Of a stretch of DNA of 64,000 nt, positions 13,111 to 27,451 are shown one piece after another; the first letter of the stretch is position 1, and every line of letters begins with the position of its first letter. The stretch comes from Octopus sinensis. Its lineage: Eukaryota. Where the stretch lies: contig NC_043007.1 of assembly GCF_006345805.1 (NCBI RefSeq), positions 43,090,001 through 43,154,000 of the forward strand. The letters are read 5' to 3'. The notes beneath the pieces are model-generated. The model had not been told where the DNA came from and did not search any database. It saw nothing but the letters and a program-made list of their open reading frames with translations. The position numbers and the translations under genes are program-made.

Positions 13111-14589
13111 TACAAGAAATAAACATTCCACAACTAGCTTCAACAATATCTCAGACTAACCAGATTATACCAGTCTTGCTTATGCTTGCAAACGGAAGGC
13201 ACCCACCCTCAATCACATCCTACCATTAAAAAAAAACCAGCAAGGTCATATCGGATAACGTCATCTTAGATATACTATGTTTGAAAGAAAGGTGGAATGG
13301 TCAAAGCTGGAAAAACTTTGATGATTGGTCTAGTTGATCAGGTCTGACCTAGGCTAAACAACAAGATACACAAATCAGCACTGACTAACTACACAATGAA
13401 GGGAAAAAACTCAAAGTGAAAAGATTATCTAGATATATTGTGAGGCACGATTTGTCAATATAGCAATTTCCAATACTCAAAGTCTTTACCATTACATGTA
13501 CAACTGCCATTAAGTACCATGCACATAAACAGCAATCCAGAATACAACTTATTCATAAGGACACTAGCTTATGTAACTCAGTCCAGATAGAGAAAAATAA
13601 AATATAAAGAAAACAAATTAACATTAATAGCTTCATTAACCTCACACACAAGGTTACAGACTTCCAATGATAAGTGCAGAGGAGCAAGAAATCTCATGCT
13701 GTGTTTATGTTTATATTGCCTGCCTGCTCTGCAGCCCCTCTGAATTTACATATACTGGCATTCAAGCTGACACACCACTAATAGGTCTCCCACTAGCTTG
13801 ATGTATCTGAAAGAACAGATCTATGAATCACACCAAGACATTCAACTGACTATGAAGATGGTATAAGGTCTACTCAGTCAGATATGATCTGACCTAAACA
13901 ACATTCAAAATTCAAGCCTACTTAAGAAAATAAAAATCAGTATTCATTGATTCAAAATAGTAACTCACTTTCATTAGATATAATTTGCACAGAAGACAGA
14001 GTTTTACTGAATCAATTTAAGATATTACTGGGACTTATTTTACTGATACTGTACGTTTTGATTTGATCTTAGAAAAATGAGATTGTAGAGTAGATTATGA
14101 AAGATGGCATTCTATAAAGAATAGCATAATACCATTTTTAAAAGGTCATTTGATGGAAAACATGCATGTTACATACAGTTTATGGTCTCAAACAGGGAAG
14201 CTGATATCTTCCTTGGTATTTATACTTACTTTCATTTGTGTATACTTGTTTGGGAAATATGAGAATGGTAATGTTTCCGGAGATAACAAAGTGATGGACA
14301 TGAGTTGACAATACACAACTGAATAGCAAGTCAATTTGCTTTGGCTAATAATTCATTCTTTTATAAGATTAGTGAGATTTCTTGAAAACAACAGGAAGCT
14401 AGTAAATAGATGTGGAGACACTGCACACAGGCTGCCTGTAGAAATGTTTGAAAGAGTTTCATCCAAAACCATAAGCATTCAATTGGAACAAGCATTCTAA
14501 AATTACTGTCTTTTATTCTTTGACAGAGAAATGGCTACTTGCTGAAAGTATAAATACTATTGTTACTATTATTTGGATAACAGAATTTT

Positions 14590-15052
14590 TAGTGTATTGA
14601 AATAAATACCTTTATATTCTGAGTTCAAATTCCACTGAAGTCAACATTGCCTTTCATGTCTCTGGGGTCAATAAATTAAAATACTCGTCAAGTACTGGAG
14701 TTGCTATAAGCAATTCTTCTCTCCTAAATTTCAAACTTGTACCCATATCAGAAAGAATTATTAGAGCAGTGGACTTGTGCAATGGTTTGAACACTGGAAA
14801 AGTTTCTTAGTGGCATGGCCTTTTAGGACTTTACATTCTATGTTCAAATCCTGTTGAGGCTAACTTTGCCTTTTACCTCTCCAGGATCAATAAAATAAAG
14901 TAGTCAATAAAATAAAATGCCAAGTAGCAGGATAGATAGTACCAACTAAATTCTTCCCTACAAAATTGCTGAACTTGTACCTAAATTAGAAATAATAACT
15001 ACCTCCTCCTCCAAAATTTCAGACCTTGTACTTATGGTAGAAATTATTATTA

Positions 15053-15099
<47 letters not shown>

Positions 15100-15615
15100 C
15101 ATCATCATCATCATTTAAGACATTGCACAGTATCCAATATTGTGAAATTGTTGATAGAAGATATTGTATCTACCAGAGGATTGTGAGATTTTGCAGAATC
15201 AAAGACTATCAGACAAATTACATTGCGATGCTTACTTATATCTTTTTACATTCTGAGTTCAAATCCTGCTGAGGCTGACACTGCCTTTCATCTTTCTGTT
15301 ATCAATAAAATAGAGTACCCATTCAGTGCTAGGGTCAATATACTTGACTAAATCCTTCCCCACATTTGGGACCTTGTATGCATCTCATAAATCATAAATT
15401 GCTGGTAGACTCATTAGAACATTGAAAAAAAAATACTTTGCAGTATTTGTTCCAACTCGTTACATTCTGAAATCAAGTCCTTCTGAGATTAACTTTGCAT
15501 TTCATTCTTTTAGAGGTCAATAAAATAAAGTTCCATTCAAGCACTGGGGTCAATAGTATTGACTAATCCCCCACACCACCTTGAAATTCTTGGCCTTGTA
15601 CTTAAATCAGAAAGA
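14590..15615 (+). repeat. Cluster of about five decayed same-orientation SINE copies
   Basis: Repeated ttctgagttcaaat...ctttgcctttcat...aataaaataa...ccttgtac modules near 14617, 14836, 15250 and 15464, separated by (TTA)n. Similar clusters lie at 7523-7850 and 35205-35665. Confidence 0.75.
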
Positions 15616-15624
15616 TCGTCGTCG

Positions 15625-15671
<47 letters not shown>

Positions 15672-15730
15672 AATTATGTTGATGTACTAGATCAGAGACC
15701 ATGTGCTGAAACTAATACAATTTCAGCATG

Positions 15731-15946
15731 CAGAAACATGCAAAGACCATTAACTTCACTTAAATATGTATTGTTTGTAATATGGTGTCAAGATTTTTGA
15801 CACTCAAAACTGCAACTTGGTCACTGAAAATGTGTGCAGCACATATTTGCTAGCATCCAACTCGCACTTTCAGATGATGAAAATTCGGATACTATATTAC
15901 ACACAATAAATGTTTAAGTGAAGTTAATGGTCTTCGTGTGTTTCTG
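15731..15946. repeat. Inverted repeat with ~59-bp arms, MITE-like
   Basis: aagaccattaacttcacttaaa / tttaagtgaagttaatggtctt, with flanks extending the pairing. Confidence 0.75.
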
Positions 15947-16924
15947 AATGGCTAACTTGTGTCCTCCATGTTGCAATCATGTTATTATAAATAATTTTCG
16001 TATAAAGTATCATTGCTACTATCAAAACAAACCACTGCCAATGATCAGAAAGAAAAACATCATTGGTTATATTTCCCATTATAACAGAAAGAACACAGTG
16101 TCCCAGAGAACATATTGAATGTCACAAGAGAATAATCTCACATTTCTATGGTTCTAGATAGGAATAACCATATTTTAGCAATTCAGCCAATAGTAATTTA
16201 AGACACAGAACAAGTCATCCATGACACAAATATTAAGATCTAACATTAATAAACACAGTTAATGGGTATGTGAGTAACTGAGATTGCATGTGCATGTGTG
16301 TTAATGTATTTATGTTTGTATCTATCTATCTATTATTATTATTTGTAGTAGTAGTAGTAGTAGTAGTAAATAACAAAATATTTACGCTAGTTTTAAATAG
16401 CAATCACCATGCATACTCTAGAGCACAGCAACATGTGTGTGGATGTACATATTTTGCTCCCTTGGCGACTTATAACCAGCTCTTCCTCCTATGTATAAGT
16501 ACGATGTATTTGTGCACATGTATTTTTACATCTATGTGCATGGGAGGAGATAGACAGACAGGTAGTGTCATAGCTATATAAGTATTTATGTGCAGTTTAT
16601 ATGTTAGGGGGATGTATATGTGAAGAAATGATTGCACACATATATAAAATAGAAGTGGGGTGCGTATTTGTGCACAGGTTACACATACACTCACTATCAG
16701 TCAAACCAAAAATCACTTTTTCTTCACTGCTGCTGCTCTTCTTCCCTCTCCTTACTAGTGCTTGTCCTTGAAGATTTCATGGAATTAAGGGAGAGTGTAA
16801 TTCATTGAGCAAGAAATAATTGTTTCACTGGACATGTACAAGGGTCCACTTGCCTGCTGGCAAGTGTTCGTAAACTTTTTTTTTTTTTGCTTCTTTTAGA
16901 TACTGAAAACAATTCTCTAGTTAC

Positions 16925-17720
16925 TCCACCACATAGAACTGCAACAATTAATATTGGCACAATGAAAGATAAGTCTGGTGAGATTGTCAAACTGCTAGAG
17001 TGGAGGAATGTAGATGTGGGCTGTGTGCAAGATGTAAGATGGAGGGAAGCCTCCACAAGAACATCTCACAGGCAAGGAATAAAAATATGAATTGTTCTAA
17101 GAATGTAGCAGTGATGGTGTGGGTTGTGTAGGCATACTTTTGGTAGAGAAATGGATAGATAAAATGACTGAGGTAGTCAGAGTGTGTGATTGTTAAGCTA
17201 AGACTGGTCTTGGATAATGTAACAATGATATTTATCTCTTTGTATTCTCCAAATAATGGAGCAGATGAACAAGACTATTTCCATGACACCATTTTGCAGA
17301 TTGCCTTGATTGTAAATGACAGTGATAATATTATCATGGATAGTGACCTCAATGGACATATTGAGCAACACTCAAATTAATTTCATAGTGTACATGGAGC
17401 TTACAGCTTTGATTCTAGAAATGAAAAGAGAATAAAGTTGCTGCAGTTTTGTGATGCAAATGACAACAATAACTTCAGGTAACCATCCAGCAAGCCACCT
17501 TATCACCTAGCAATCTTAGTAGGTAGGTAACCAGTCAGTAAGTCACCTTATCACCTAATAATCTAGTAGGCACACAAGCCAGATTGATTACATCCTCACC
17601 AGAAACAGTTAAAGTCCTTTTCTGATGAATGTACAACTCAACAATTGGTTAGTAGTTAGTGACTTCAGACTTAGTGTTCAAAGGACTCAGAGACACAAAC
17701 CAGTCTGGCAAAAAGAAAAA
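16925..17720 (+). mobile_element. Decayed RTE-clade LINE, AP-endonuclease region
   Basis: Fragments ATINIGTM, DVGCVQDVRW, GVGCVGILL, ISLYSP, DLNGHI, LLQFCDAN, SQIDYIL and LVVSDF are the conserved APE motifs; broken by stops and frameshifts. Confidence 0.85.
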
Positions 17721-18209
17721 AAATAAGGAAGCACCACCAATGTTTATCTAAGAGAAAGGTAACTGATTTAGGCTGATACAGCTTAATACCAGTGTCATCA
17801 TACCATAACATTGTCTCCAATTGCTACTGCATTTCACATAATATAATTTAAATATTATTTTATTCTGGCTTTTATTTTCAATTTAAATAAAAGAAAGGAC
17901 TAATATTGATAATTGTTTCTAATTTAACACAAGGCTTGAAATTCTGTTAGAAACAGAAAGAGTCAGAATAGATACCACAAGGCATCTTGCCTGACCCTCT
18001 AACAGTTCTGCCACTCCACTATTCTGGAATAGTACTTTTATTTTATTCACTCTTAAGGGATGAAATGTAAATTTGACCTCAGAGCACAGAATCAGAACAA
18101 ATATGAAATATTCTATCCAACATTCAAACATCTCTGCTTTATACCTACCTAAATTCCCACCTACATCCATAAATCACATATACAGCCACTATTTGCATGC
18201 TCTCTCTCT

Positions 18210-18252
<43 letters not shown>

Positions 18253-18275
18253 TATGCATATATGAGTGTGTGTAT

Positions 18276-18608
18276 GAAGGTACATGGTTCAGTGGTTAGA
18301 GCATTGGGCTCACAATCCTGAGTTAGTGAGTTCAATTCCCAGACTGGGTTCTGTGTTGTGTTCTAGAGCAAGACACTTTATTTCATGTTGCTCTAGTTCA
18401 CTCAACTGTAGAAATGAGTTGCAATACTGGTGCCAAGCCGTATCGGCCTTTGCCTTTCCCTTGGATAACATTGGTGGCATGAAGAGGGGAAGCTGGTGTG
18501 CATGGGTGACTGCTGGTCTTCCATAAACAAAGTTGCCAGGACTGATACCTCAGAGGGTAACTTTCTAGGTGCAATCCCATGGTCAGTCATGACCGAAGGA
18601 GTTCTTTT
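18276..18608 (+). mobile_element. tRNA-derived SINE of a separate family
   Basis: A box tggttcagtggttagagc, B box gagttcaattcc, a CORE/V-like gtgttctagagcaagacacttt, and a distinct 3' body. Confidence 0.7.
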
Positions 18609-18889
18609 CACTCATTCATTCATGCATGCATGCATACATACATACATATGGAATATGACCAGTGCAAGGTTGAGTGGACCATAGTTCAAATAAAGATTCA
18701 ATACACAAGTTGCATAGAGTGAGTGGATATGCTTATGAGTAAACAAAAGGCTCTATAGAGGGCTCATGTTATTTGTTATTGCTGATCAATCGGTAGAAAA
18801 TAACAAAACCCTTACAGTTGGTGAGGCTCTACATATTTCATAGAATAAAATTTATTGATTATTTTGTGTTGATTGGAACTTTATGCATT

Positions 18890-20050
18890 AATGCCAGAGA
18901 ATCCAATACAGGGCGTTATATAGCTTCTGATTGAAGTAATTATGCATTTATAAATGTACCAGTGTTAATTTTCAGTTGATTTCATTGCAATAAGAAGTGG
19001 GTATAGCTATATGAAGCAACAGCTCTCAACTAGACCATTTTCCCATGGAAACAAGCTTCAAAACTGCAGAAAAATAACAACATATGACAAAATCCAAAAA
19101 AGCATGTAAACAATTCCAAAAATAGATGTAAAATCAAAACATAAAAAGAAGGAAGGGAAAAGTAATAAAATTATGAAAAAGGTTTTATAACATTTTCACA
19201 GAAATTTAAGATATGTGTTGAAAATTTTTATCAAGATATCAGATTGTGTCACAGTTACATCGCATACATATATATATTGAAAGGGTTAGTATTTACTGTA
19301 AATATATCCCATGTAAAGAAACAGTTTCCTTTTCCCTTGTTTCTTTTCTTCTTAGTCTCTGTCACTTCCTCTCTTTGATTTTGATCACACACACATAAAA
19401 AATAATCAAACTGCTGACATTTTCATATGTAACCATCTTGATTTGTGAAAATATCTTGGATATAAGGATAAAAACAGAAAATCTTGTTAAAATTCTTACT
19501 AACTGAACAAGCTGATAAGGCAAAACTTGAAGTCCCATTATCTCAAAATAATTAATGTGCATGTATGTGTATATATACACCCTAAAGTTAATGTAATACA
19601 ATCTGATATCTCAATAAATATTTCCAACTTTCAACACACATCTTAAATCTTAGTGAAATGTTATAATGACCTATTTCATAACTATTTTATACTTTTGCCT
19701 TCCTTTTCTTGCATTTAGTTTGGGAAGATTTAACATGTTTTTGAATTTTAACATCCATCATTGTTTTTCTATTGTTTTCTAACATGTTTCCATAGGAAAA
19801 GTAATTTAGCTCAGAACAATTACTTCATACAGCTTCACACCATTCTTAGTGCAAACAAATCAACTGAGAATTAACAATAAAGCTGGTGCTGGAGCACTGC
19901 CTTTATTGTTTACATGCTTTTTGGATTTTGACATATGTTGTTACTTTTCTGCAATTTTAACTGAAACAAGTAAAAGAATAAATGGTACATTTATAAGTGC
20001 ATAATTACTTCAACCAGGAGTAATAATGATGGGTGTTTCATTCTCTGGCT
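18890..20050. repeat. Old, large imperfect inverted repeat (arms ~360-450 bp)
   Basis: ttgaagtaattatgcatttataaatgtacca (~18931) pairs with tggtacatttataagtgcataattacttcaa (~19983); gatatcagattg (~19235) pairs with caatctgatatc (~19599). Confidence 0.75.
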
Positions 20051-20178
20051 TTTATGTGTGATATTTTCTTAAGTCTCAATCAGCATTACAATACATTATT
20101 ATGATCTAATAAGTGAGCCTCTAGATGATCATCCAAATTATAAGGGTTGATATCAAGATGGGCATCGCCCATAAAATG

Positions 20179-20476
20179 TGTTGTATAGTGAGACTGTATA
20201 CCTCTCCCAGTAAAAAGTGGTAGGAGGCAACCATTATAAATAGACCAGTAGCTGGTCATCAAGAGAGGGTTGAGAGTTGAAGAGTTGAGAGTCGATAGTT
20301 TTAGTCTGTGTCTTGTGGAGCTGTCAGCAACAGAAGTTAGTGTATTACTATTCTGGTACGAAGACATATAATGGTATCTGATGACTAGTAACTGTTGTGG
20401 CTACAAGCGTAAAACAGCAACTACAGAACAACAGAAGTCACACATTACACCAGTGGGAGGAACCCATTTCACAACA
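20179..20476 (+). repeat. Putative 5' LTR of the Gypsy element
   Basis: Inverted termini TGTTGT...ACAACA, TATA-like attataaata near 20233, and a degenerate PBS-like gaggtgatga directly after. No matching 3' LTR seen. Confidence 0.6.
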
Positions 20477-23400
20477 GAGGTGATGATGAAAAACAAATTT
20501 ATGTGGACTGAAAAAAAAGACATTCACACAGAGAGTTTAAACTAATTTGCATGGAAAATTAAATAACTCAATAAAAAAGAAACAAAAATCTTGTTGTGCA
20601 AACATGAAAATTGTAAAATATGGAAGACTTGTTAGCTGGGGTAGTTGAGTTGCAAAAATAGCAACAACGCAAGGAACAATGAGAACAACAACAAGAATTG
20701 CAGCAGCAAATGTTACAACTAATGAAGTTGATGACCAAACTGGAGATTACATTTTCATCTGACCATGTAGCAAATTTCGTAAGCAAATTCAAATATGATA
20801 TCAAAGAAGGAGTAACATTTGAGGCTTACTTTCAAAGATTTGAACAAATTTTTGAAAACATATCTAGTTTTAAGAAAACTAGCAACAGTAGAGCATGAGA
20901 AGCACAGTAACTTCATATTGCCAAAAAAAAAGCATCCAACATAAATTTCACCAACACAGTTGACATTTTGTGCAAAATGTTTAGTGAAAAGAGCTCACTG
21001 TTTAATACTAGATGGAAATGTTTAAACTATAGAAAAGATCGAAGATGAAGACTTCACTACTTACACAGGCAGCATCAGTAAAGAATGTGAGAGATTTAGG
21101 TTGGATATGCTTACTCCAGATTCTTTCAAGTGTTTGATTTTTGCATAAGGATTGACAGATAAAAGGGATGCAGAAATCCAAATGAAAATTCTAGCAAAAC
21201 TGGAAATGAACCAGGAATTGACACAGTCATGACACGGAAGAAATTCAACAGAAAGAGTGTTTTCACATAAGACCAGTGCAAAAAAGTTGGAAGACAAATA
21301 AAGTGTTGCAGGAAAAACAGAAAAAGTATTGGGATGTAAACCGATGTATGGCATGTGGTAGGATGCACCTGGAAAAAGATTGTCCATATAAAAATGCAAA
21401 ATGTTTTCACTGTGTGTTTACAGGACATAAAATTGCACTACAAAACTAGAATGATAGGAAAATGGAACAAACAAGAAAAAATAAATAGCTTATCAGCAAG
21501 AAAAGTTGTGACTACAACAAACAGAAAATTCATGAATGTGAGAATTGAAACCACTAGTGTCAGAATGCAATTAGATATGGGAAGTGAAATCACAGTCATA
21601 AATGAGAAAATATGGGAACAAATGGGTAAACCAAAATTACGTAGTTCAAACAAAATAGCATTTGGTGTTACAGGAAGAAAATTATTTTTCACTGGTGAAC
21701 ATGTTTGTAATATAATGTTCAATGGTCAAACCAAAAAAGTGAATGTTTATGTGTTGAAAAAAAATCCATGAATTTATTTGGCACCAAATATATGGAGAGA
21801 TTCAATTTATAGGATACACCCATAAGCGTTTTGTGCAATAACATAAACAGAGCAGTCAAACGATCAAACAAGGTCAATGAACTGAGACAAAAAATGAAAG
21901 AAACTTTCCCAAAAGTCTTTTCGGAAGGTTTAGGATGTTGCACAAAAACAAAAACACCAACTTTCAGGCCCAAATGGAACATGCCATTTGTGGCAGTAGG
22001 TCAGGTCAATAAAGAACTAGAAAGGTCAGAAAGCCTGAATATAATTGAAAAGACTGACCATGCAGACTAGGCAGCACTAGTGGTCTATGTAAAAAACAAA
22101 GTTAAGAGTGTGCACAGGCTTCTCAACAAGATTAAACAACTGTTTACTCACACACAATTATCCACTACCAAATCCAGAAGAAGTATTTGCTAAACTAAAC
22201 AGAGGGTAAATTTTCTCAAAGTTAGACCTCTCAGAGGTGTACCTTCAAAATCAGTTAGAGCAAGATTGCACACATCTACTAGCAATCAACACCCACCATG
22301 GATTGTACAAGTTTAAATGACTGCCATTTGGAGTAAAAGTGATACCCACCATATCCCAACAAATAATGGGTGTAATGTCAAATGATTGTAAGTTCACCAT
22401 CACATACTTCAATGAAATTTTGATAAAGAGTGAGTCTCAGGTGCAACATGTCTAACACATAAAGAAAGTATTCGAGAGAATAAGTGAGTAAAGCTAAAAC
22501 TGACAGAAGAAAAATGTGAATTTTTGATGGAAAAAATAAAATACTCATGTCAAGTAATCGATGAAAGTGGATGCAGACCAAACCCATCAAGGGCGAGGGC
22601 AATACAAAATATGCCGCCCCCTATGAACATGACAATGCTACAAGCATTTCTAGGCTTGGTAAATTATTACCAAGTGTACATCCCAAATATACATAAGGTA
22701 AAGGCACCACTTAATGAATTACTAAAATAAATGCAAAGCATTTAACAAGTTAAAAGATATGTTAACTTCAGACTTTTATCATACGCATTTCAACCCAAAG
22801 TTAGAGATAATACTACAGATGCTAGTGAGTATGGGATAGGAGCTATGCTCCTACACAAGGATAGCAATGGCAGGAGAAAGGCCATAGCTCACACATCAAG
22901 GACATTATAGCAGGTGGAAAAGAGCAATAGCTAGATTGGAAAAGAGGTGTTGGCTATTATATTTGGATGAAAAAGTTCCACAGGTTCATTCCTGGCAGAC
23001 AATTTTTGGTTGCAAATGGACCATAGACCTCTAATAATGACATACGGATCCAAGAAAGGAATCTTGACACATATAGCATACAGACTGCAGCGGTGGGGTA
23101 CCATTCTATTAAACTACGATTATAGAATGAAATATCTGCCTTCAAAAAAGTTGGGGATGCCAATGGTCTTTCGAGGTTAATTCCAAGAAATACGAACCAC
23201 TGACAACACCATAATAGCAGTGTCAAGAGCGGAAGCAGAAACAAAAAAAGTGATGTGGGACATTATGTGTGAAATACCAGTAACTTCGGAAGAAATAAAA
23301 AGAAATGCGAGAAATGACAAATTTATTAATGTGACAAAATGAAAACTGTGGTCAATAAAAGGAAAGATCTGATGCAAAAAAAAATACCAAGATGTGAGTG

Positions 23401-24420
23401 TGTACTCTATATGTGATGGTGTACTAATGTGCGCTCAGAGGGTGGTCACACCACAGACATTATAGAAGAGAATGTTAAAAGAATTCCATGTGGGACACCC
23501 AGGCATCTCTAGAATGAAAGTGCTGATGCAAGTTTCATATACTGGCCAAGCATGGTCAAGGGAGTTGAAAACCTAGTAAAAGGCTGCAGTGGATGTACAC
23601 TGGCAGTGAAACTACCTACTACAAAATGTGAACCTTGGCTAGAAGTGAAAATACCATGGTCCTGATTGCATATCGATTTTGCAGGCCCGGTAAATGAATA
23701 TTATTACTTAATAGTAGTGGACAGCTACACAAAATGGCCTGAGGTCGAAAGGTGAAAACGATCAACCTCATATACAGTAATAAACTTCTTACATGAGTGT
23801 TCGCAAGATTTGGTGTACAGGATATAACTGTCTCAGATAACGGAAGACAGTTTGTATCCTATGAGTTTAAAAGATTCTGTGAGATGTTCATGTTAGAACA
23901 TAAAACTATAGCACCATATCACCTTAGATCAAATGGAGGGGCCAAATGGTTTGTAGATACTTTTAAGAGAGCTTTAAAGAAAACCAATAAGGAATCCACA
24001 GATGAGGTCGCAATCCAATAATGCTTAAGGGTATACAGGGTAACTCTGAATCCAAATATACCAGAAGGAAGTTCACCAACAGAATTAATGTTTACCAGAA
24101 AGGTGAAGTCAGTATTTGATAAACTGTTACCAGTGAAGAAAAAAAATATGTGCTAGTAAATACATGCCAAAATTCTTTAGAATGGGTAATAAGGTATATG
24201 TAAGAATGTACAAAAATGGCAAGCAATACTGGGAAGAAGTTGTAAAATACATAGGATGAATAATGTATGGTGCAAGAAAGGAGAGACAGAAATCAGCTTA
24301 AGGAAGGAGTCATAGAAAAGGAACCAACAAGAGTAGAAATACCGATGGATTGGCCTATAAGACACTTTTAAGGTTCCAGCACTGTTACAGGAAGTCAAAA
24401 CCACATGTACAAGGAAAAAG
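20179..24420 (+). mobile_element. Decayed Ty3/Gypsy LTR retrotransposon (5' LTR, gag, PR-RT-RNaseH-IN)
   Basis: gag-like (EGVTFEAYFQRFE) ~20620-21400; protease LDMGSEIT ~21570; RT (FSKLDLS, LPFG, YLDD decayed to YFNE) ~21900-22700; RNase H TDAS ~22815; integrase HVGHPG, CxxC, IDFAGP, SDNG, SNG ~23480-24000. Domain order is Gypsy type, with many stops and frameshifts. Confidence 0.93.
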
Positions 24421-24735
24421 AAGAACACTGAATATACATATATATATGCCCCACCACCGTACATGTCTCTATGAGAGATTTAGAAATTTAGTTTTTCTGA
24501 TATATATATATATATACACACACACACAAAAATTATTCTACTATGGTAGTAGAATAGTATTTTAACTGCTATTTCTAAATTTCAGTATGTGGTGAAGCAA
24601 ATTTTGCTGAACCCTAATTATAATTATGCTCATAATTATAAAATTTTTGCATAAGTTTACTGATAATGGTTCTTTTAACATACCGAACTACTTGGTAAAA
24701 TTATTAATTATTAATTGATTAATTAATTTTACCCT

Positions 24736-24812
<77 letters not shown>

Positions 24813-25273
24813 TACATATATATGGATGGATGGATGGATACATATATATTATGTATTTTACACACACATACACACACAGCTTCGAGAAATTAAATGTCTC
24901 ACAACTCAAGTTTCATACCACCACCACAAACTTACGCTGAGATTACAGTGAGACACAAAACTTGAGCTACTAGATAACTATTCAATTTCAATTAATCCTA
25001 TAGTTTACAACATACGATGAGCACTTCTCTCCTAATTGTCCATGAAAATTCTACATTTGTACATACACAACGCTTGCACACACATATGACTGTCTTCTTT
25101 CAGTATTTGTTTACCAGATCCACTCACAAGGCTTTGGTCAGCGGAAGGCTATAGTAGAAGTATTGGCGCAAGATGACATGCAGAAGGACCAAACCCAAAA
25201 CAATATGATCAAGAAGCAAACTTCTTAAATGTATACTGTGTCTTTTGCTACATGTATCTGTGTATATATGTAT

Positions 25274-25338
<65 letters not shown>

Positions 25339-26059
25339 TGTAATAGTAGTACAAAGTTAAAATATACATCAGACTACTTAATGCAAATATATCATTGAAA
25401 GGCAATTTACTGCAGTATTTTTCCAGAGATAACAACTCTTATAGACACACTGTGTTTGAAAATACAATATGTATTTCAGATAGAGATGAAAATTGCAGCA
25501 GCAGTGGCTAGTGAGAAAGCTAGATGCATTTCTGTCTAGTTGGGCCTCACCAAAGCCAAGTACTCACAACCAACCATATGCCTGGAAGAAACAAGAAGAG
25601 AATTTTCGTCTCTGATATATAGGAAACAGTGAATAAAACAATCACTGATATTACAAATAGCCACCTAGCAGAGTAAAAATCTGCTAGTATTTAATTGAAA
25701 TAGCTATCTATGTATCATACTTAATTTGTATACATCATTTGAAGGCAATTTACTGTGGCATTCATTCAGAGATAACATCTCTAATGGACGAGAGATACTC
25801 AAAATCTCTTCAAACAGTGGCTAACAAGAATGCCAGATGTATTTTGATCTAGCTGGGTCTTATGAATGACATGTACTCACAGCTAGCCACATACTTAGAT
25901 TAGATTTGTTACATCCGATATAGAGGAAATAGCAATTATCTCTGGATGAATATTGCAGATATATCAATGATGTATTTACTAAGTATGATTACTTATGATA
26001 TATAGATGACTACACACACACACACATAGATGCATCTCTTTCTCTCTTTATATGCATGC

Positions 26060-26113
<54 letters not shown>

Positions 26114-26184
26114 TCTAATATCTATACAGCCTTGTTTTTTTAATCTTATTACGCAAAAAATTCTTATATATATATATATAAATA

Positions 26185-26388
26185 TGAGGGGATGCTGAAA
26201 AGGGCATCATGAAAGATCTGGCTGGAAGCCCAACCCTCTGAGTTTTTTACAAGACTTAGAAAAACTGAAAGACCACTAGAGTCTCAGAGTGTGAATCCAA
26301 GAGGGGAATATGTTGAATAAAATCATAATTAACTAATTCTTCTCTATTTCTTTTACCCAAAGCCAGGAACTTTCCAGCCCTCACCTCA
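26185..26388 (+). mobile_element. Non-autonomous mariner remnant
   Basis: TIR-like ends tgaggggatgctgaaaag and ggaactttccagccctcacctca. Internal tgtgaatccaagaggggaatatgttgaataa encodes the mariner C-terminus (VNPRGEYVE*). Confidence 0.7.
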
Positions 26389-26432
26389 TGTGTGTATGTG
26401 TGTGTATATATATATATGTGTGTGTGTGTGTG

Positions 26433-26548
<116 letters not shown>

Positions 26549-27409
26549 TATGTATGCCTATCTATACATACATAAATAAATACTGCAAATATATATTATA
26601 TAAACACACACAAACAAACACACACAAATGCATATGCAGTTAATAAGAACAAAGAGTTTTAAAAGAGAAAATGACCCAAATAGAACAGAAAAACAGAGAT
26701 AGTACATATCCCCAAGGAGCCTACGTAATGCAGTAACTTGCAATTCTTCAAAAGAAGCTATTCAGAACCTGGCTTTCTAAGATAGTACCTAAATGTAATG
26801 ACTTTGTTGCAGTATATTTAGTTTCTCTTTTCTTTCCTTTCTTTTCTTGTTTTCTTGTTTCTTTTTTTACTTAAGCTGTTTTAAAGAATTCAAGCCCTAA
26901 TGATTCATATGTTCTATTCTGGGTAGCTCACACCTAACAATCTAAAACTATATTTGGTCAACTGTAAGAGAAAAAGATTTCCATGCCTGCAGAATTAACC
27001 AAAATATTTTCAAAGCTGGTAGAAGACTACAAAGTTAAAGCAGAAAGAAAAGAGGGGGGAAAACATAAAACACAAAACATTAAAAAATAATAATAAATAA
27101 AACAAATCCCAGAAAACAAAGAAAAATACTTTGAAATATGAAGTTATTTTGAACTAGTATCAAAGGAAATTCTCAGCTAAAAAGTAAATAATGGTCCTGG
27201 AATTTTAATTAGTGGTATTATTTTGAGGTATTTTCTTTTGATTAAAAAAGTGTTGAAGATAAAAACATAAGAATGAACCCTGCAGGAAAAATAATGCATG
27301 CGTACACACAAGTTAAAGCTGTAAATTATTTGAAAGAAAGATTGAAAAAATCCACTAAGGAATCTATAGAAATATATGATAATGTATTTTGTTGAAGGTT
27401 TACTTGGAA

Positions 27410-27451
<42 letters not shown>

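Noticed and set aside
16060-16120. Minus-strand peptide SFCYNGKYNQ resembling the CELSR LamG YNGRYNE motif
   Set aside because: An in-frame TGA follows immediately, there is no FAT or HDF context, and no suitable acceptor was seen; probably chance.
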